DNA from: Squalus acanthias
Taxonomy: Eukaryota
Direction of reading: 5' to 3'
NCBI GenBank assembly: GCA_030390025.1
Contig: JASTWF010000327.1
Coordinates: forward strand, 372,001 to 436,000
DNA length: 64,000 nt
In this document: in pieces, positions 61,346 through 64,000 of the stretch
Layout: each line of letters begins with the position of its first letter
Numbering within the stretch: position 1 is the stretch's first letter
Made by a program: the position numbers and the translations under genes
The notes under the pieces: generated by a model
Seen by the model: only the letters and a program-made list of their open reading frames with translations
Told to the model about the DNA's origin: nothing
Database searches by the model: none

Positions 61346-61809
61346 TAACTCGCACCTCAGGCCCCGCCCAGTCTGGTTTAATTACTAAATGTTTTCTAAC
61401 TCGAGTTCAGGCCTGTCATTCTGAGGGAAACTTACGAGGCCTCAATTTTTTTGTGTGACCTTCCCGAGAGGCTTTACTGAACTGGCAATAAGATTTTTAT
61501 TTTAAAAGCAGGAAAGAGGTGAAAAACACCACTAGCGATGCCTCAAAACTCACGGACAGAGAAATCCACTTCATCAGCGCCCCTGCCACAGGACTCAATA
61601 TCCACCCCCTCCACCACTGGTGCACTGTGTCTGCAGTATGTACGGTCTACAAGATGACCATAGTCAGGCCGTGTGGAGTCAAGGGCCAGACAGCAGAATG
61701 GATGGAAAGATCGCAACAAACTTCCCTTAACTCCAACCCTCTGATTTCTGTTTTGTAGCCAGCTTTCCATCCATTCTGCTGCCTGGCCCTTCACTCCACA
61801 CGGCCTGAC

Positions 61810-62932
61810 CTGGGTCATCTTCTAGATCTTACAAACTGTTATGGATAGCAAGCTGGTCACAAAACAGAAAACAGAGAGTAGGGGTTGGGAGTGGCAAAAG
61901 GTGGGAAGTGGTGTTCCACAGGGATTGGTGCTGGGACCACTGTTATTCATAAACGATTTGGACTCGGGAATCAGAAGAACAATTTCAAAGTTTGTCGATA
62001 ACACCAAATTGGGAGTTAGAGTTAATACTGAAAGAAGACAAAATGCAAGAAGACATTAATAAATTTCAGAATGGGCGTGTAATTGGCAAATGAATTTCAC
62101 TGTAGATCAGTGTGAGGTGGTGTGTTTTGGTGGGAAGAATAAGGAGGCCACTCACTACTTGGAGAAGGGGGTGAAATTGGGTTGCTTTGTGCCTCCCGCG
62201 ATATTCAGCGGGAGGTTAGCGGCGGCGGTAGCCGGTAGCTCCCCGCGGCACTGCACCGCCAGCAATGACGTCATCGCCATGCGCAGCACCCCGGCTGCAA
62301 CCTTGGGTTGTGACCCCTGACCTATCGCCGGACGATATGTCCGACAGGGTCAAGGGTCGTTCCTGCAGCCGCGGCGACGCCACTTAAAGGGCAGGTGTCG
62401 GGCGGCAACTTTTTATTTTGGCCGACTGCCAGCACCTGCCCCCTTCCCCTTTCTTCTTCGGGGTGTCGGCCACGATCGCTCAGCCCGGCGCTCCTCTTGA
62501 TCCGACACCCCGCTCCCCGGTGGTCCAGCAGGGCCCCGGTGTGAGCAGTGCTAGGCCCCTCCCCTTTAATCAGGGAGGGAGGTCTGCTATGACACGGTGC
62601 TATGTGCCGACGGGCGTGGTGCTGTTGCACGAAGTGTGCGAAATTCACTGGTAGCGCCCCAAGAGGGAGGGCAGCGCTTCCAATAGCACCCCGCCTCCTG
62701 CTTGGGGCGCTACCACTGAATTTAATGCGCAGGGGCGCTAACTTTTTTGGGGCGCTAAAATTAGCTCCGGCGACGTTAGCGACCCAAAGGGGGCGCCACC
62801 AAATTTCTCCCCCTGAGAGTCTAAATGGGCTGGAGGAGCAGAGGAATCCAGGGATACAGATACACAAATCACTAAAAGTAGCGACACACGTTAATAAGGC
62901 CATTAAAAAAAAAAGCACTGGGGTACATTCCT
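61810..62932 (+). mobile_element. CR1 fragment paralogous to 18975-19490, interrupted by a MITE
   Basis: Shared junction caaactgttatggata; KVGSGVPQG. Confidence 0.8.
62167..62813. mobile_element. GC-rich non-autonomous DNA transposon (MITE), PIF/Harbinger-like termini
   Basis: Terminal inverted repeats gggggtgaaattgg and ccaaatttctccccc; absent from the paralogous site near 19360. Confidence 0.7.
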
Positions 62933-63387
62933 AAAGGAGCCTTCTGTTCCGTGCCTAGGAGCTCTGAACCATGGCAGAGAGCGGCTGGGACACGTTTCTC
63001 ACAGGCCTCGAGATTAACCCGCACGGAGACTTTGCTGTCAGTGAAGAGAGACGAGAAAGACCAAAGTGCCGTTTGCCCCTCTCAGTGTGGCCCTGAAGGA
63101 CTGTGTCCAGGCTGAAGTTCTGTTCCCGCCGTACGATCCTCCCCCAGATTGTCCTTTCTGAGCTCCAGCCAGGTGATGCTAAACACTCAGGTGGGAAAGA
63201 CAAAAATCTACAACAATGTGTTTAAAACAAAGCTGATTTATTTGACATCTATCCAGAATATTAAACTCCAGCCCAGTTACAGGAGTTATTAACATCAGCA
63301 GAAACAAACCCCAACTGTCAGAATGAACATGGTTCAGTCCTGGATGTGATTAACAGCAGCAATAACAGCAGAATCCAACCCCTGCAG

Positions 63388-64000
63388 TCACTTGTGAACT
63401 CGCTGGTGTCTCAGCAGGTTGGATGACTGAGTGAATCCCTTCCCACACACGGAGCAGGTGAACGGCCTCTCCCCAGTGTGAACTCGCTGGTGTGTCAGCA
63501 GGTTGGATGAACGAGTGAATCCCTTCCCACACACGGAGCAGGTGAACGGCCTCTTTCCCAGTGTGAACTTGCTGGTGTTTCAGCAGGGTGGATGACTGAG
63601 CGAATCCCTTCCCACATACGGAGCAGGTGAACGGCCTCTCCCCAGTGTGAACTCGCTGGTGTCTCAGTAGGTTGGATGACTGAGTGAATCTCTTCCCACA
63701 TACGGAGCAGGTGAATGGCCTCTCTCCAGTGTGAACTCGCTGGTGTACAGTGAGTTCAGATGACTGCCTGAACCCAGTCCCGCAGTGAGAGCACCTGAAC
63801 GGTCTCTCGTCAGTGTGAACACGTTGATGGCACATCAGTTCCCCGGAACTTTTGTAGTACTTCCCACAGTCCGGGCATTTAAAAGGTCTCTCGTCAGTGT
63901 GAGTGCGCTGATGATTCAGCAGGGTGGATGACTGAGTGAATCCCTTCCCACACACAGAGCAGGTGAACGGCCTCTCCCCAGTGTGAACTCTCTGGTGTGT
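63388..64000 (-). CDS. ZNF gene G, 3' part running off the window; +1 frameshift at ~63554
   Basis: C2H2 array closely similar to gene B; family 3' UTR; AATAAA at 63237-63242. Confidence 0.8.

Noticed and set aside
61646..61825. ~60-bp inverted repeat as a structured RNA
   Set aside because: Made of LINE fragments; best explained by local inversion.

Overview
Eukaryotic, repeat-dense DNA with no prokaryotic features. It is inferred to be a cartilaginous fish (shark) locus, from the dominance of CR1 LINEs and SacSINE1/DeuSINE-like SINEs. The window is a cluster of seven tandem C2H2 zinc-finger genes or pseudogenes with no KRAB/SCAN/BTB domain, labelled here A 14687+, B 22320-, C 35181-, D 47285+, E 53956-, F 56231+ and G (partial, -). 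Most share a CpG-island promoter module, a non-coding exon 1, one coding exon and a conserved 3' UTR. They sit among nested CR1 LINEs (two near full length), SINEs, Tx1, Penelope-like and R2 fragments, a MITE, a tRNA-Ile pseudogene and many minisatellites. Highlights: (1) a perfect 131-bp inverted repeat copies exon 1 and its splice donor on both sides of one directional promoter core between divergent genes E and F; (2) a CR1 insertion gives an open in-frame 10-finger/CR1-ORF2 chimeric ORF; (3) an R2A-like 5' fragment (CCHC + C2H2 + Myb) lies outside rDNA and is split by CR1; (4) Penelope-type inserts carry minimal hammerhead motifs and clear target-site duplications. All family names come from visual recognition, not database searches.
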